The notes beneath the pieces were generated by a model that was given only the letters and a program-made list of their open reading frames with translations, made no database searches and had not been told where the DNA came from. A stretch of 63,478 bases of DNA, the filler included, from an uncultured Synergistales bacterium (lineage in GTDB: Bacteria; Synergistota; Synergistia; Synergistales; Aminobacteriaceae), in NCBI GenBank assembly GCA_937897575.1. It is 4 parts of 4 records of this genome, joined end to end, with 100 filler letters (N's around TTAATTAATTAA, not from the genome) between each part and the next. Parts side by side here need not be neighbours in the genome. Positions count along the whole stretch, not along the records: positions 1 to 18,554 come from CALCQG010000023.1; 3 more parts are not named here. One strand, given 5' to 3'. Shown here in pieces: positions 9,070-18,654 of this stretch; position 1 is the stretch's first letter; each line of letters starts with the position of its first letter. Position numbers and translations under genes: made by a program.

Positions 9070-9093
9070 TATAATGCAACAAAGTTGCATTAT
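9070..9093 (+). promoter_or_regulatory. Perfect 10-3-10 inverted-repeat operator overlapping a TATAAT -10 box
   Basis: ATAATGCAAC-AAA-GTTGCATTAT at 9071-9093; TATAAT at 9070-9075; ends 12 bp before ATG 9106. Confidence 0.75.
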
Positions 9094-9105
9094 CGTGAGG
9101 TCATC

Positions 9106-9816
9106 ATGCTCGACGTGACGCTGAAGAAGAGGCGGGGCGACATTGTCCTCGACGTAGCCTTCACCTGCAGGAGACCGAGTATCATGGTGCTTTTCGGGAG
9201 GTCGGGGTCGGGGAAGACGACGATCGTACAGATGCTTGCCGGGTTGGTCGAACCGGACGAAGGGGTGATTCGGTGCGGCCGCGACGTTCTGTACGACTCC
9301 GGGCGTCGAATCTCTCTTCCGCCGGAAAAACGGGGTGCGGGAATCGTCTTTCAGGAGCGCCGTCTGTTTTCCTATATCTCTGTGCGACAGAACTTGCTCT
9401 TCGGGCACCGTTTCGGCGGTCGCCCTCTGAAGGAAGGGGCCTTCGACAAGGTCGTTGCCCTTCTCGGCCTCGAGAGGCTGCTCCACCGGCGCCCGAACAC
9501 GCTCTCGGGCGGAGAGGGGCAGAGGGTTGCCATCGGTCGGGCGCTGCTTGCCTGCACATCCTTTTTGCTCATGGACGAGCCGCTCGCCTCCCTCGACCAG
9601 GAGCGAAAGGACGATCTTCTTCGCCATATCGACGATATCCCGGGAAACTTCGGCATTCCCGTGATCTACGTGACCCACTCCCGGCGTGAGCTGAACGGCC
9701 TGGCCGATGACGTGCTGTTTCTGGGGCGGGAAAGGGTGACCCCCGCCGCGAAGACCGCCCCGTTGTACCCCGGAGGGGACGTCCCCACCGGGAGGGTGCG
9801 TAGTGCGACATATTGA
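9106..9816 (+). CDS. modC: Molybdate-type ABC transporter ATP-binding protein (short, no TOBE domain)
   Basis: GRSGSGKT, LPPEKRGAGIVFQERRLF, LSGGEGQR, LMDEP and YVTH motifs. Confidence 0.85.
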   Translation: MLDVTLKKRRGDIVLDVAFTCRRPSIMVLFGRSGSGKTTIVQMLAGLVEPDEGVIRCGRDVLYDSGRRISLPPEKRGAGIVFQERRLFSYISVRQNLLFGHRFGGRPLKEGAFDKVVALLGLERLLHRRPNTLSGGEGQRVAIGRALLACTSFLLMDEPLASLDQERKDDLLRHIDDIPGNFGIPVIYVTHSRRELNGLADDVLFLGRERVTPAAKTAPLYPGGDVPTGRVRSATY

Positions 9817-9849
9817 TGAAGCGCGATATAGTGATAAGGAGGAGTGGCC

Positions 9850-10572
9850 ATGAAGAAGTTGGTGCTCGGTCTTCTGTTTCTGGCGGTGCTGCCCGGTCTG
9901 GCTTTCGGTGAGGTCGTGGTGACGACGGGTGCGGGGTACAAGAACATGGTGGAGAAGCTGGCAGAGGCCTACCGCGCCGAAGGAGGGGCCATCGAGGAGA
10001 TGTACGGCGGCAACATCGGGCAGATGGTCATGCAGATCGAACAGGGAAGCGGGGCGACGATCATCATATCGGACAGGGAATCCCTGGAGAGCGTCTCCAA
10101 GGAGGGGGCCTACGACTTCTACAGAGACCTCGGCGGGACGGTCCTCGTTCTGGCCTGGAGAAAGGGACTCGAACTGAAGGCCCCCGAGGATCTCGAGAAG
10201 GCCGAGGTTCGCTCCGTCTGCCACCCCGACCCGAAGGCCGCCATCTACGGGCGCGCCGCGTCACGATTTCTCCAGTCCTCGGGCATCGGGGAGCGGGTCG
10301 CCGGGAAGCTGTCCGTCGTCGCCACCGTTCCTCAGGTCTTCGCCTACCTTGTGTCGGGCGACATGGACGCCGGGTTCCTCAACAGGGTCATGATACAAAA
10401 CGGCGGCGACAAACTTGGAGGGTCCATGGAGATAGCCGAGGGGTATCCGCCCCTGGTCATGATCGCCGCCGTGGTGAAAGGACACGGCGACCGGCCGGAG
10501 ACGAAGGCCTTTCTCGATTTCCTGGCAAGCGACAAGGGGCGGGAGATATTGAAGAAAAACGGCATCTGGTGA
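9850..10572 (+). CDS. modA: ModA-family ABC substrate-binding protein (GAGYK variant)
   Basis: Signal peptide; DPKAAIYGRAA, TVPQVFAYLVSGDMDAGF and FLASDKGREILKKNG motifs; AAGGAGGAG SD. Confidence 0.8.
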   Translation: MKKLVLGLLFLAVLPGLAFGEVVVTTGAGYKNMVEKLAEAYRAEGGAIEEMYGGNIGQMVMQIEQGSGATIIISDRESLESVSKEGAYDFYRDLGGTVLVLAWRKGLELKAPEDLEKAEVRSVCHPDPKAAIYGRAASRFLQSSGIGERVAGKLSVVATVPQVFAYLVSGDMDAGFLNRVMIQNGGDKLGGSMEIAEGYPPLVMIAAVVKGHGDRPETKAFLDFLASDKGREILKKNGIW

Positions 10573-10588
10573 CGCGAACGAGTCCTTC

Positions 10589-11245
10589 ATGAGCTTTCCG
10601 GTATGGCTGACGGTGAAAACGTGCGTGGCCTGCGTCGTCCTCCACGCGCTCATCAGCATCCCCATCGCCCTGTGGAGCAGCCGCTCCCGTGGACTCATGA
10701 GCCGCGCCGTCTCCTTCATCGTCACCATACCTCTCGTCTTTCCGCCCATTGCCATGGGCTTCATCCTGCTCATGCTCCTGGGGCGGAGGGGCCCCATAGG
10801 CATCCCGCTGGAACAGTACCTGGGCCTGCGGTTGGTCTTCTCCGAGGCGGGTGTCATCCTGGCGGCGTTCATCGCCGGGGTCCCCCTCATGGTCCGTCCT
10901 CTTCAGGCCGCCATGGAGCGCCTCGAAATTCTGCACCTCGAGGAGGCGGCCCGGGTGCACGGATGCCCGCCGCTGATGACCATCCTCGCCGTGACGGTTC
11001 CCCAGACGTGGAACACGATCATCTCGGGCTTTCTTCTCTGCGTCGCCCGGGCCTCGGGCGAGGTGGGCATCACCATGATGCTGGGGGGGAACATATCCGG
11101 GCGGACGAACACCCTCTCCCTCGAGATATTCAACTCGGTGACGAGGGGGGAGTTCGATGTGGCCGTCCGGCTGTGCGCCATCCTTGCCGGGGCAGGCCTT
11201 ATACTGTATGTGCTGATGGAAAAAAATCGCACAAAGGAGCTGTGA
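10589..11245 (+). CDS. modB: Molybdate-type ABC permease
   Basis: PLVFPPIAMGF, EEAARVHG (EAA loop) and ARASGEVGITMMLGGNISGRT motifs. Confidence 0.88.
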   Translation: MSFPVWLTVKTCVACVVLHALISIPIALWSSRSRGLMSRAVSFIVTIPLVFPPIAMGFILLMLLGRRGPIGIPLEQYLGLRLVFSEAGVILAAFIAGVPLMVRPLQAAMERLEILHLEEAARVHGCPPLMTILAVTVPQTWNTIISGFLLCVARASGEVGITMMLGGNISGRTNTLSLEIFNSVTRGEFDVAVRLCAILAGAGLILYVLMEKNRTKEL

Positions 11246-11246
11246 C

Positions 11247-12092
11247 ATGATCACTCTATCGGAGGAGTACGCAGCGCGATTGCTCGAGGAGGATCTCGGC
11301 CTTCTCGACGTGACGACCGCGGCCATGGGTATAGGAGAGCGGCTTGGCAGGATCGAGTGTGCGCCGAAGGAGGACTGTGTCGTGGCCGGCGTTGAACTTG
11401 CCGCTTCGGTCCTGGAGAAAGCGGGGGCGAAGGTTCATGTGCTGGCGCCAAGCGGGACGGTGCTGTCGGCACGGACTCCCTGTCTCGAGGCGCGAGGTTC
11501 GGCGCGTCAGCTGCACGGAGCCTACAAGGTGGCCCAGAACGTTATGGAGTACGCGTCGGGCATCGCGACGCGGACGGCCGAGATGCTTCGGAACGCCCGG
11601 TCGGTCGCCCCGGCGATCTCGCTCTGCGTGACGAGGAAGCACTTTCCGGGCGGAAAAGCTCTCTCGCTCTCAGCGGCCATGGCGGGTGGAGCGGTCCCTC
11701 ACCGTCTCGGGCTCTCGGATTCGATCCTCGCATTCGACGAGCATCGTCTGTTCCTCCGCCCCGGTGAACCCTTGGCCGACGTGGTTTCCGCCATGGCTGG
11801 GCGGTTCCCGGAAAAGAAGATCGCCATGGAGGCGAACTCGCCGGAGGAAGTTGTCGCCTTCGCTCGGGCCGGTGTCCACGTCATCCAGTGCGAGCGGTTC
11901 GAACCGTCGCTTCTGGCGGAGTGCGTCGTCGCCCTCCGCGGCCTGTCGCCCTCGATCGTGGTCGCCGCGGCGGGAGGCGTGAACGCTGCCAACGCGGCGG
12001 AGTACGCCCGGACGGGCGTCGACATTCTCGTCACGTCGTGGCCCTACTTCGGCCGGCCAAAGGACATCAAGGTCCACTTCCTCGCGGAGTAA
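11247..12092 (+). CDS. modD: ModD protein (NadC/quinolinate phosphoribosyltransferase-like)
   Basis: LLEEDL..DVTT, SGIATRT, TRKHFPG, HRLGLSDSIL and AAAGGVN motifs; position at the end of a mod operon. Confidence 0.85.
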   Translation: MITLSEEYAARLLEEDLGLLDVTTAAMGIGERLGRIECAPKEDCVVAGVELAASVLEKAGAKVHVLAPSGTVLSARTPCLEARGSARQLHGAYKVAQNVMEYASGIATRTAEMLRNARSVAPAISLCVTRKHFPGGKALSLSAAMAGGAVPHRLGLSDSILAFDEHRLFLRPGEPLADVVSAMAGRFPEKKIAMEANSPEEVVAFARAGVHVIQCERFEPSLLAECVVALRGLSPSIVVAAAGGVNAANAAEYARTGVDILVTSWPYFGRPKDIKVHFLAE

Positions 12093-12277
12093 CCGGGCGC
12101 TTGGCCGGACCCCCATACCGTTCCCGAGGAGCGGCGGTTTCCTCCGCTCTTTTCTTTTTCCGTCGTCGCTGGACAGATTCCGAAAGAATTATTAGTATAT
12201 GAGTGCTGTGCGGCGGCAACAGTGCGTCCGCATCGGACCAGGAACATCCCGGCGGGGAGAAACGGAGGGCGAAGACC

Positions 12278-13129
12278 ATGCGTTGGCAGGGCCGAAGACA
12301 GAGTTCCAACGTGGACGACAGACGGGGGCGGGGCTCCACGGTGGCCGTCGGAGGAGGGCTGATGACCCTCGCGCTCGTTGTTATAGTCTATCTGCTGGGC
12401 GGGGACCCGTCGGTGGTGCTGAACACCATTCAGCCGCCCCAGACTCAGTCCCAGAGCGGCGCTCCCTACCAGGAGACCGCGGAAGAGCGGCAGCTGGCGG
12501 AGTTCGCCTCCGTGGTGATGGCGGAGACGGAGGACGTCTGGGGCACGCTCTTCCGCGAAGAGGGTTTGACCTACGAGAACCCGACGCTCGTGCTCTACAC
12601 GGGGCGCGTGCAGACGGCCTGCGGCGTCGGCACGTCGTCCACGGGCCCCTTCTACTGCCCGGGAGACCACACGGTGAACATCGACCTGAGCTTCTTCGAT
12701 GAGTTGAAGCGGCGCTTCGACGCCCCGGGGGACTTCGCCATCGCCTACGTGATCGCCCACGAGGTGGGGCATCACGTCCAGACACTCCTCGGGACGACGG
12801 AGAAGGTGATGTCGCTCCGCGGCCGTCTCGGTCAGGCGGAGTTCAACAAGTATCTCGTCCGCTTCGAGCTGCAGGCGGATTTCTATGCCGGCGTGTGGGC
12901 GCACTACGTGGGCAGGATGGACCTCCTGGAGGAGGGCGACCTCGACGAGGCGCTGAACGCTGCGTCGGCCGTGGGGGACGACCGGATCCAGGAGAGCATG
13001 CAGGGGTATGTGGTGCCCGACACCTTCACCCACGGGACGTCGGAGCAGAGGAGCTACTGGTTCTATCAGGGCTACAAGTCGGGGGACATCCGGCGGGGCG
13101 ATACCTTCAACTCGAACTCTGGCATGTAG
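12278..13129 (+). CDS. Neutral zinc metallopeptidase (YpfJ family)
   Basis: MRWQGRRQSSNVDDRRG, GPFYCPGD, HEVGHH (HEXXH), ELQAD and FTHGTSEQR motifs. Confidence 0.92.
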   Translation: MRWQGRRQSSNVDDRRGRGSTVAVGGGLMTLALVVIVYLLGGDPSVVLNTIQPPQTQSQSGAPYQETAEERQLAEFASVVMAETEDVWGTLFREEGLTYENPTLVLYTGRVQTACGVGTSSTGPFYCPGDHTVNIDLSFFDELKRRFDAPGDFAIAYVIAHEVGHHVQTLLGTTEKVMSLRGRLGQAEFNKYLVRFELQADFYAGVWAHYVGRMDLLEEGDLDEALNAASAVGDDRIQESMQGYVVPDTFTHGTSEQRSYWFYQGYKSGDIRRGDTFNSNSGM

Positions 13130-13197
13130 ACGGTCGCGGAGCTCTGTCGACAACGCTCACCCTTCACTCAGCGGCATCATTGCCAGGTCAGACGACG

Positions 13198-13240
13198 AAA
13201 AGGCCGGAGCCCCGACGGGGCGCTCCGGCCTTCTCTCTTT
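13198..13240. terminator. Bidirectional intrinsic terminator
   Basis: AAGGCCGGAGC...GCTCCGGCCTT stem with A-rich and T-rich flanks between convergent genes. Confidence 0.7.
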
Positions 13241-13284
13241 GACGGCCTGTGCCGACGCTGCAGGACGGTGCGCACGGCCGAGCG

Positions 13285-13752
13285 CTACGTCGTTGCGTCC
13301 TCGTCCCCGGCGGACGGCGTCTCACCCGTGCGCCCCTTCTTCGACGGCATGCGGATGAACAGAGCCCGCCCCTCGGCAACCTTCCTTCCGTGGTCGTCCG
13401 TCATGGAGGCCGTCGTCGCGATCCGCCGCCCCGAGATCCTCTCCGTCCGGCCCTCCACCCGGTAGCGTCTGTCGGCCGTCACGGGACGAAGGTAGCGCAC
13501 GGACATCTCGCCCGTCACGGCCCAGTTCCCGATCTCCTGACGAACGGCCCACGCCATGGCGTCGTCGAAGACGGAGGCGATGATGCCGCCGTGCACGACC
13601 CCTTCGTAGCCGCACCACGTCCCGTCGGGCTCGATGTTGATCACCGTGCGGCGCTCGTCCCTGTCCCACAGGATCTCCAGCTCGAGACTTCGGGGGTTCT
13701 CCTCTTTCCTGCCGCAGACGAAACAGCCCCGTGAACGGGGAAGTCGTTCCAT
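13285..13752 (-). CDS. PaaI-family (hotdog) thioesterase
   Basis: CFVCG..NP, GYEGVVHGGIIASVFDDAM and VTGEMSVRYLRPV motifs. Confidence 0.88.
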   Translation of the reverse strand: MERLPRSRGCFVCGRKEENPRSLELEILWDRDERRTVINIEPDGTWCGYEGVVHGGIIASVFDDAMAWAVRQEIGNWAVTGEMSVRYLRPVTADRRYRVEGRTERISGRRIATTASMTDDHGRKVAEGRALFIRMPSKKGRTGETPSAGDEDATT

Positions 13753-13849
13753 ATCTCATCACTCCTTGCTCGGTGTTCGGCCCATTATATCCTCCGGCGG
13801 GGAAGCGGGGTATAATGGGCGAAAATTTTCGCGATTCGGGAGGCTTACG

Positions 13850-14104
13850 ATGCGCCTTATAGGGGTTCATGAGGATGACGACGGCAACGGACGCTATCTC
13901 CTGAAGAGGGACGGCGAAGGCTCGAGGACGACGTTCCTGTTCTATGACGAGGCCGGGATGGTCCTACGGCTCGTGGGGCGGGACGAGGCGGAGGCTCTTT
14001 TCGCTGGGGGCGAGCTGGAGCGCTGCTCCCTTCCCGCCGGGGAGGTCTTCTTCCCCGACGAGATGAAACGACTGGAATCCGCCTTCGAGGAGGGACGGCT
14101 ATGA
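13850..14104 (+). CDS. Hypothetical protein (84 aa)
   Basis: GGGAGG SD, upstream TATAAT at 13811, and ATGA overlap with the downstream amidohydrolase gene. Confidence 0.6.
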   Translation: MRLIGVHEDDDGNGRYLLKRDGEGSRTTFLFYDEAGMVLRLVGRDEAEALFAGGELERCSLPAGEVFFPDEMKRLESAFEEGRL

Positions 14105-15708
14105 ACAGGGTGGCGCTGTACAACGGCCGCGTGCGAACCCCGTTCGGCTACGCCGGGGCGGTGCTGGTGGAGGGACAGACCATCGCGGCTGTGGGAAACA
14201 ATGAGGAGATTCTGGCGGCGGCGAAGGGAGCGGAACGGATCGACCTCGGCGGACGGCTGCTGCTTCCCGGTTTTGTGGATGGACATATGCACTTTCTGGC
14301 GTGCGCCCTGGCCATGGACCAGCTGAACCTCACAGGGTGCCGTTCCGTCGAGGAGCTGCGCGGCATGGTCAGGACCTTTCGGGACGATCGAAAACTGGCG
14401 CCGGGGGAGTGGATCGTTGGGCGCGGCTGGAACCACGAGCACTTCGCCGACGGGCGCATTCCGACGAAGGAGGATCTGGACGACGTGACGCCCGGGAATC
14501 CCGTGCTGCTGGTCCGGGTCTGCGGCCATGTGGCGACGCTCAACAGCCTTGGGCTCAGGACGCTGGACATATCGAGGGAGAGCCGTTTCTCCGGCGGCGT
14601 CGTGGATCTGGATGAAAGAGGCGAGCCGACTGGCGTCCTTCGCGAGACGGCGGTGCAGTACGCGCGTATGAAGACCGGCACCTCCGCTCCGGACCGCCTG
14701 CGCTCCGCCCTCGTCCGGGCTGGGGCGGACCTCGCGAAGGTCGGATTGACATCCCTATGCTCCGACGACCTCGGGAGCGTGCAGGGGGACTTCAGGGCGC
14801 TCTTCGACCTCTACCTCGGCCTCGAGCGCGATGGGGCGATGCCCGTCCGGGTGACGGAGCAGCTTCTGCTGAAGGACCGGGGCGCGTTGGACGACTTTCT
14901 CTCCACCGGCTGGCGGACGGGCGACGGAACGCCCTTCTTCCACGTCGGGCCGCTGAAGATCCTCACGGACGGCTCCATGGGCGGGCGGACGGCGCTCCTT
15001 CGCGAGGAGTACTCCGATATGAAGGGCGTCCTCGGCGTTCCGATCCATGGGCAGGACGAACTGCAGGACCTGATCTGGACGGCTCATCGCGCGGGAATGC
15101 AGATTGCGACCCACGCCATCGGCGACGGCGCCCTCGACCTGTGCCTCGACGGCATGGAGAAGGCCCTCGTGCGAGCTCCGCGGAAGGCGCGGCACTACAT
15201 CGTTCACTGTCAGATGGGAGACATGGGGCAGTACCGACGGATGGCACACCTCGGCATCGGTGCAGCGATTCAGCCCCCCTTCGTCCCCTCCGACCGCCCC
15301 ATGGCGCTGAAGCGCATAGGGGAGGCGAGGGCGCTGTCGGGCTACGCGTGGAAGACACTGCTGAATCTCGGCATCTTCCTCTCCGGAGGGTCCGACGCCC
15401 CGGTGGAATCCTTCTCGCCCCTCTGGGGCATATACACGGCGGTGACGAGGCAGGACGAGAAGGGGGAGCCCGAGGGCGGGTGGAACCCCTCGCAAAAGCT
15501 GACGGTGGAGGAGGCCGTGGACCTCTACACCGCGGGCGGCGCCTACTCCTCCTTCGACGAGCACCACAAGGGGACCATCGAGGCGGGCAAGCTGGCGGAC
15601 ATGGTGGCCCTGGACCGGGACATCTTCACCATTCCCGAAGAGGAGATACGGGACGTGCGGGTGTCCCTCACCCTCACGGGGGGACGCTGTACCCACAGAG
15701 CGCTCTAG
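14101..15708 (+). CDS. Amidohydrolase 3 family (YtcJ-like) metal-dependent hydrolase
   Basis: PGFVDGHMH, CGH, KILTDGSMG, HAIGD, GSDAPV and GKLADMV motifs. Confidence 0.92.
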   Translation: MNRVALYNGRVRTPFGYAGAVLVEGQTIAAVGNNEEILAAAKGAERIDLGGRLLLPGFVDGHMHFLACALAMDQLNLTGCRSVEELRGMVRTFRDDRKLAPGEWIVGRGWNHEHFADGRIPTKEDLDDVTPGNPVLLVRVCGHVATLNSLGLRTLDISRESRFSGGVVDLDERGEPTGVLRETAVQYARMKTGTSAPDRLRSALVRAGADLAKVGLTSLCSDDLGSVQGDFRALFDLYLGLERDGAMPVRVTEQLLLKDRGALDDFLSTGWRTGDGTPFFHVGPLKILTDGSMGGRTALLREEYSDMKGVLGVPIHGQDELQDLIWTAHRAGMQIATHAIGDGALDLCLDGMEKALVRAPRKARHYIVHCQMGDMGQYRRMAHLGIGAAIQPPFVPSDRPMALKRIGEARALSGYAWKTLLNLGIFLSGGSDAPVESFSPLWGIYTAVTRQDEKGEPEGGWNPSQKLTVEEAVDLYTAGGAYSSFDEHHKGTIEAGKLADMVALDRDIFTIPEEEIRDVRVSLTLTGGRCTHRAL

Positions 15709-15798
15709 GCTCCGGTCCGCCGGCCGGACGCTATCTCGCGATCCCTCGAATCCTCCGAGGAAGAACTTCCCACCCCGGGATGGTTTCTCCCATTCGGG

Positions 15799-15827
15799 TT
15801 GAATCTCCTGTTGACTCTCTGTAGAAT
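15799..15827 (+). promoter_or_regulatory. Sigma70-type promoter
   Basis: TTGAAT, 17-bp spacer, TAGAAT. Confidence 0.5.
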
Positions 15828-15853
15828 ACAGGTAGCGACACAATCCGAGAGGA

Positions 15854-16633
15854 GTGATCCCTGTGAGAAAGGCCGTCCTTGCGCTGTGCATCGTCCCCCT
15901 GGTGTTCTTTCTTGCGTTGTCCACCGGTGTCCGGAGCACCGAGGCGGCGGTGGATACGGAGCTGCTGGATGCCCTGGAGGAGGCCAAGGGGCTCAATCTG
16001 AGCACTGAGAACATACGGGACTACATGGGCGGGACGAGCGATCTGGACACGGAGGACGAGAAGTATATGGGCCTGGTTCGGGCGAAGATCCGGCTTGCCC
16101 GGCTGGTCTCCGTCACCTCGTATGGCGGAGAGCGCGCGCGGGCGCCCATGACCCTCGGTTCCCTGACGGGGCTCGTGATGACTATGCTCTCGGAGAGCGG
16201 CTCGGTGGATACGAAGATGGACCCCTTCAATCTCGCCGACTACGTGATCTACCAGGTTGTCTACCCCATGGACCTCGAGCCCCTGATCCGGGAGCTCCCC
16301 GCGTACTATCGGGCTATAGTGCAGGATGAGGACTGGGAGGAGAAGTTCGACACGCTCCTGTCGGAAGGGAAGTACGGTCCCGATCTGGACGGGGGCAAGG
16401 CGTTCCACGAGCTGGGGTTCCCGGTGGTGAACAAGGACCCGAAGTACGTGGAACCTCTCTACGTGTCCCTCGCGGACTCGGACTTCGCCCTTCAGGAAGT
16501 GGATGGCGCCATCGAGGGGTGGCTCTACTCCTTCTGGATGCGCCGGTACAACGAGGGGAGCATGAATGTTGTGAAGAGAATTCTCGACTGGCTGAACGTC
16601 CGCCTCGATGAGGCGGCCGGAGCGAAAGGGTAG
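15854..16633 (+). CDS. Hypothetical exported acidic protein
   Basis: N-terminal hydrophobic signal ending TEA-A; AGGAG SD; typical codon usage. The exact start is uncertain (15854 or 15863). Confidence 0.65.
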   Translation: MIPVRKAVLALCIVPLVFFLALSTGVRSTEAAVDTELLDALEEAKGLNLSTENIRDYMGGTSDLDTEDEKYMGLVRAKIRLARLVSVTSYGGERARAPMTLGSLTGLVMTMLSESGSVDTKMDPFNLADYVIYQVVYPMDLEPLIRELPAYYRAIVQDEDWEEKFDTLLSEGKYGPDLDGGKAFHELGFPVVNKDPKYVEPLYVSLADSDFALQEVDGAIEGWLYSFWMRRYNEGSMNVVKRILDWLNVRLDEAAGAKG

Positions 16634-16784
16634 AGCCCCCTCCGTTTCCACCGCACAGGGGCGGAAACCTCTCTCCCGTCCCTGCGCGGCGGAGCCTGAC
16701 GTACGGCCTGTTTACTCTAGAAAGATCGTCAATGCCGAAGCTGCAGCATCCATTGTCGTATTCGACCAAGAAAGGATGTCCCCA

Positions 16785-18554
16785 ATGTCTTCATGCCGTT
16801 TGTTCCGCAGAGTGCTCGCGACGCTCCCTCTTCTTCTGGTGATTTCGGCGGCGCCCCCCTCGTGGGGCAAGGTTCCGCCGACCTACGACGTGATCGTGGC
16901 GGGAGGCGGGGCCGGCGGCGTGGGAGCCGCCGTAGCGGCTGCCAGACTTGGGGCGAAGGTGGCCCTTCTTGAGGAGACGGATTGGCTCGGCGGACAGATG
17001 ACCGCCGCGGCCGTGTCCACCATGGACGACCTGAGCGGCAACAAGACGGGGATCTACGGCGAATTCTACGAGAGTGTCCTGTACCACTACTTCAAGCTGG
17101 GGAAGTCCATCTCCACCTGCTACTGGGACGGCAGCACGACGGCCTTCGAGCCCTCCGTGGGGCGGGACATCCTTGTGGATATGGTGCGACGCGCCGGCCA
17201 GGAGGCCTCCTCGGGAGGAAGAGCGGGCAAGCTGGACGTGTACTACGACTCATCCGTGAAGAGGGTGCACGTGGAGGAATCGGCCGTCCGGGGGATCACG
17301 GCGGACGTGAAAGGAAAGACCGTCGAGATGAGGACCCATATCCTCATCGACACGACGGAGTGCGGCGACGTCCTTCCTCTGAGCGGCGCCGCCTACCGTT
17401 CCGGGAACACTGTGAGCCCTGGTACGTCCGGTCCAGGTCGGATTCAGGACATCACATGGGTCGCGGTGATGAAGCGCTATTCGGGCGGAATTCCGCCGCA
17501 CCTGAGGATACAGACGCCACCTCCCGGATATGACCGTTATGTGCCCGAATTCCGCAAGGTCGTGGCGGCGGGGGGCAACTCCTTCAGGGACTACCCTCTG
17601 CGCATGCCCGTGGACTTCGCCACGCACAACGGCTATCGGGGTCTCCCCGATTCCTCCAACCCCGAGAACTACGATGCGTCCACGCCCGAGGGGTGGGCCG
17701 CCATATCGAAGACGGGGATCAACTGGGCCAACGACTACCCCGGCGTCGAGAAGTGGGAGGGTCGTGGCGGCCTGCCCATCGCCTATCTGGAGGACGAAAA
17801 GTTCCGAAGGACTGTGGACGCCAACGCCATGCTCAAGACCCTCTGTTTCCTGTACTACGTGCAAGAAGAGCTGGGCGAGCCCTGGTCCGTGGCGGACGAC
17901 GAGTTCGATTCGGAGTGGCCGCTCCGCGTGGCCAGCGGCGTTATTCCCGGGGAGTATAACGAGATACTCAGGAGGTTCCCCATTGCCCCCTACATTCGGG
18001 AGAGCCGCCGCGTCGTCGGGCTGGAGACGCCCACCTCCAGTTCCGTTCGCTGGAACTCAGAGAGCTACAGGGACGGCACCGAGGGGCGGGAGATCCCCAC
18101 GGCCATGGCCATCGGCGGGTACATCCTCGACCTCCATGCGGGGGACGAGGACAGGGACCTCGAATCGGAGTTTGGCGAGACCTTTGCCTCGATCCGGACG
18201 AACATGCCCAGAGGGCCTTTTCAGATCCCCTTCGGAAGCTTCATCCCGAAGGAGCTGGACGGTTTCCTTGTGGCGGAGAAAAACCTCTCCATGTCCCGCC
18301 TCGTGAGCGGCGCCTTCAGGCTTCAACCGATCTCCATGCTCACGGGACAGGCAGCGGGGACCATAGCGGCCCTCGCCGTCAAACAGGGCGTCCAGCCGAG
18401 AGCCCTTGATCCGAGAGTCGTGCAGAGAGCCCTTCTTGAGGCCGGCAGTGCGCTCTCCCTCTGCGAGTACAGCGACGTTCCGAGAGGGCACCCCCTGTGG
18501 CCGGCGGTCCAGATGTCCAACCTGTACGGGTGGATCGTCCCCGAGGAGCTTCCC
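16785..18554 (+). CDS. Exported FAD-dependent oxidoreductase (FAD_oxidored type) with a probable SLH domain, truncated at gap
   Basis: Signal peptide; YDVIVAGGGAGG, LGGQMT, IDTTECGD, PYIRESRR and RLQP..MLTGQAAG motifs; YSDVPRGHPLWPAV is SLH-like. Confidence 0.82.
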
Positions 18555-18654
18555 NNNNNNNNNNNNNNNNNNNNNNNNNNNNNNNNNNNNNNNNNNNNTT
18601 AATTAATTAANNNNNNNNNNNNNNNNNNNNNNNNNNNNNNNNNNNNNNNNNNNN
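18555..18654. other. Artificial contig linker
   Basis: N-run, TTAATTAATTAA (stops in all six frames), N-run. Confidence 0.98.
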
